From: Bacteroidota bacterium
GTDB lineage: Bacteria; CLD3; SB21
NCBI GenBank assembly: GCA_037445875.1
Contig: JBBIJR010000010.1
Span: 1 to 59,789, forward strand
Direction: 5' to 3'
DNA: 59,789 nucleotides
Shown here: positions 58,147 to 59,789 of the stretch, in pieces
Numbering within the stretch: the stretch's first letter is position 1
Layout of the letters: each line of letters starts with the position of its first letter
Position numbers and translations under genes: made by a program
The notes under the pieces: generated by a model
The model's input: the letters and a program-made list of their open reading frames with translations, nothing else
Databases searched by the model: none
What the model was told of the DNA's origin: nothing

Positions 58147-59598
58147 TTATCGCAGCGGGGTCAGCAGGTTCCTTACCAGACGCAGGCTGTAGGCCGCATA
58201 GTTCTTGAATTCCCTCGGCGAGTGAATGCTCCGCAGCGTTCGCGCTACGTAGCGGGGATTCATGTAGAGCCGCCGGATCCCCGCCCGGCGGTACTCAAGC
58301 AGTTCTTCCCGGCTGAGGAACATCGTGCCGACGGCGGGATTGCTGAAGTAATTGTGGCCAGCCAGGTCCTCGTGCAACAGGCCCGTCTCACGCACAATCG
58401 TGTGAAGTTCGGTACCTTCGTAGGGCGTGGCGAGATGAATTTCCGCGAAGTCGCAATCGAGCTTACGCGCAAAGCTCAACGTTTCCTGTACGGTTTCATG
58501 CGTGTCCCACGGAAGGCCGATCATAAAGAAGCCATAGATGCGGAGTCCCGCCGCCCTCGTAAGACGGACCGCGCGGTAAGCGTCGGCGACCGTCGCGTCC
58601 TTCTTCATCCTCCTCAGCATTTCGTCGCTGCCGCTTTCGAAGCCGAAAGCGACCAGCCAGCACCCGGCGCGTTTCATCCATTGCAGCCGTTCCTCGTCGA
58701 TCGTGTCCACGCGGCTGTTGGCCACCCAGGCAATGTCCAGCCCGCGTCGAAGAATCTCCCCGCACAAGTCCATCACGAAGTTCCGATTCATGGTGAACGT
58801 GTCCGCTTTGAAAAAAAAGTTGCGGATGCCATACACATTTACGCATTCTTCTAACTCGTCCACCACGTTGGCGGCGGAGCGGTATCGGACGCGACTTCCG
58901 CTGATGGCGGGTGTCAGGCAAAAGATGCAGCGGGACGGACAGCCGCGGCTCGTTTGAACGGTCGCCTGCGGCTCGCCCGTGTCGGGCCGGACGTAAAGTT
59001 CATTCCTGAGGAGGTCGCGAGCGGGAAACGGCAGCTCATCCAGGTCGGTTTCGAACTCCCTGTACCCCGATCGCTGCCAGCGCCCGCCGTCACGGTAAAG
59101 CACACCCGGCACCGTTCGTGCGGACTGGCCGTTCTCGAGTGCGGCGACCAGATCGGCCACAACGGTTTCGGATTCCCCGACGAGGGCGAACTCCATCGTG
59201 TCGAACTCCGGACGGTCGAGCCACGCGAGGTCGCAGGCAAAAAACAATGCCCCTTTGCCCACGGTCCGTATGCACGGATCGACCGCACGGGCCAGACGGA
59301 ACGCCTGGAGATCCTCCATCACCGTCTCCGTCGTCAGGCTCGCCACGAACAGATCCGGACGGCGCTCCGTCAGATGCTGCCGCAACGCCTCCCAATCCAA
59401 TCGTTCCGCCGGATAATCCACGATGTGCGGCTCGACACCGATCCTCCGGAGCACGGCGGCCATGTACGCCAGATCGTTGGGCGGCCGCAGCGATACGGCG
59501 GCGGAATCGGACACGCTCGCCTGACAACGGTCCTCGCCGCGCAGAACCAGCGGCCCCGGCGGATGGATCAACAAGGCTTTTTGTATGTCCCGCCGCAT
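58147..59598 (-). CDS. B12-binding-domain radical SAM protein
   Basis: 483 aa. An N-terminal B12-binding-like domain is followed by the radical-SAM cluster motif SRGCPSRCIFC. The subfamily is not assignable by eye. Confidence 0.75.
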   Translation of the reverse strand: MRRDIQKALLIHPPGPLVLRGEDRCQASVSDSAAVSLRPPNDLAYMAAVLRRIGVEPHIVDYPAERLDWEALRQHLTERRPDLFVASLTTETVMEDLQAFRLARAVDPCIRTVGKGALFFACDLAWLDRPEFDTMEFALVGESETVVADLVAALENGQSARTVPGVLYRDGGRWQRSGYREFETDLDELPFPARDLLRNELYVRPDTGEPQATVQTSRGCPSRCIFCLTPAISGSRVRYRSAANVVDELEECVNVYGIRNFFFKADTFTMNRNFVMDLCGEILRRGLDIAWVANSRVDTIDEERLQWMKRAGCWLVAFGFESGSDEMLRRMKKDATVADAYRAVRLTRAAGLRIYGFFMIGLPWDTHETVQETLSFARKLDCDFAEIHLATPYEGTELHTIVRETGLLHEDLAGHNYFSNPAVGTMFLSREELLEYRRAGIRRLYMNPRYVARTLRSIHSPREFKNYAAYSLRLVRNLLTPLR

Positions 59599-59602
59599 CG
59601 GC

Positions 59603-59789
59603 TTACCAATAACGTATGTTCGGGTTGTAGAAATAGAGCTCGGTGATCAGTAATCCCGTCCAGAGGAGCGTGCTGGCGAGCAACGGGCGGTCGGACAGGA
59701 TCAATTGCGTGTGATCGAGATTCTCCTCGCTTCGGTGAATCACCAGGATGTACCGTATGACAGCATAGAAAACAACGAGCGCGCTGATC
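59603..59789 (-). CDS. partial CDS (C-terminal 61 aa), UbiA-prenyltransferase-like membrane protein; runs off the window
   Basis: My translation is ISALVVFYAVIRYILVIHRSEENLDHTQLILSDRPLLASTLLWTGLLITELYFYNPNIRYW*. It resembles the C-termini of UbiA-family or decaprenyl-phosphate phosphoribosyltransferase-like proteins. The stop TAA (59603-59605) lies 4 nt before the radical SAM ATG. Confidence 0.4.
   Translation of the reverse strand, partial: ISALVVFYAVIRYILVIHRSEENLDHTQLILSDRPLLASTLLWTGLLITELYFYNPNIRYW

Overview
The window is 59.8 kb of GC-rich bacterial chromosome (roughly 60% GC by eye, not computed). It is densely coding and most genes are on the minus strand. The lineage looks like the FCB superphylum, because two S8 peptidases end in T9SS-type C-terminal sorting domains (..FPNPFNPTTTIRYSL.., ..PNPFSQLTTIVYEL..), there are two DUF5686-type outer-membrane proteins, and a TonB-dependent receptor carries a CarboxypepD_reg-like domain. 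Unlike classical Bacteroidia, many starts are preceded by strong GGAGG Shine-Dalgarno sites. Housekeeping genes I recognise are maeB, ppdK, class II ribonucleotide reductase (nrdJ), rny, zapA, pheT, ligA and cstA. They are interspersed with envelope or secreted proteins, a PIN-PhoH (PhoH2) ATPase, regulators and a VapC/Phd toxin-antitoxin pair. The items most worth follow-up are listed here. (1) An apparently exported WD40 / caspase-like fusion is translationally coupled to a small beta-barrel-like protein (21.9-26.1 kb). (2) A six-gene envelope operon is built from two tandem duplications plus a signal-peptide-bearing YidD-like protein (11.9-15.6 kb). (3) A mer-like operon (merR, merT-merP fusion, GDCCVxC protein, an untracked 42-aa Cys-rich peptide) has no mercuric reductase (8.9-10.4 kb). 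(4) An AT-rich 0.5 kb leader upstream of nrdJ carries a cluster of DnaA-box matches. (5) A visibly lower-GC three-gene island lies at 26.1-29.3 kb. (6) There are three frame disruptions (ppdK and one copy in each duplicated gene pair) and two truncated gene remnants (crotonase N-terminus, LysR/OxyR-like C-terminus). Four-nucleotide start/stop overlaps (ATGA, GTGA, TTGA) are frequent: 9073-9076, 9924-9927, 13613-13616, 14041-14044, 14751-14754, 22546-22549, 44277-44280 and 56107-56110. I found no rRNA, tRNA, CRISPR array, transposase or integrase. All functional calls rest on motif and family recognition by eye, with no database search. The ORF track renders GTG and TTG starts as M, so several starts were re-picked using SD sites and overlaps.
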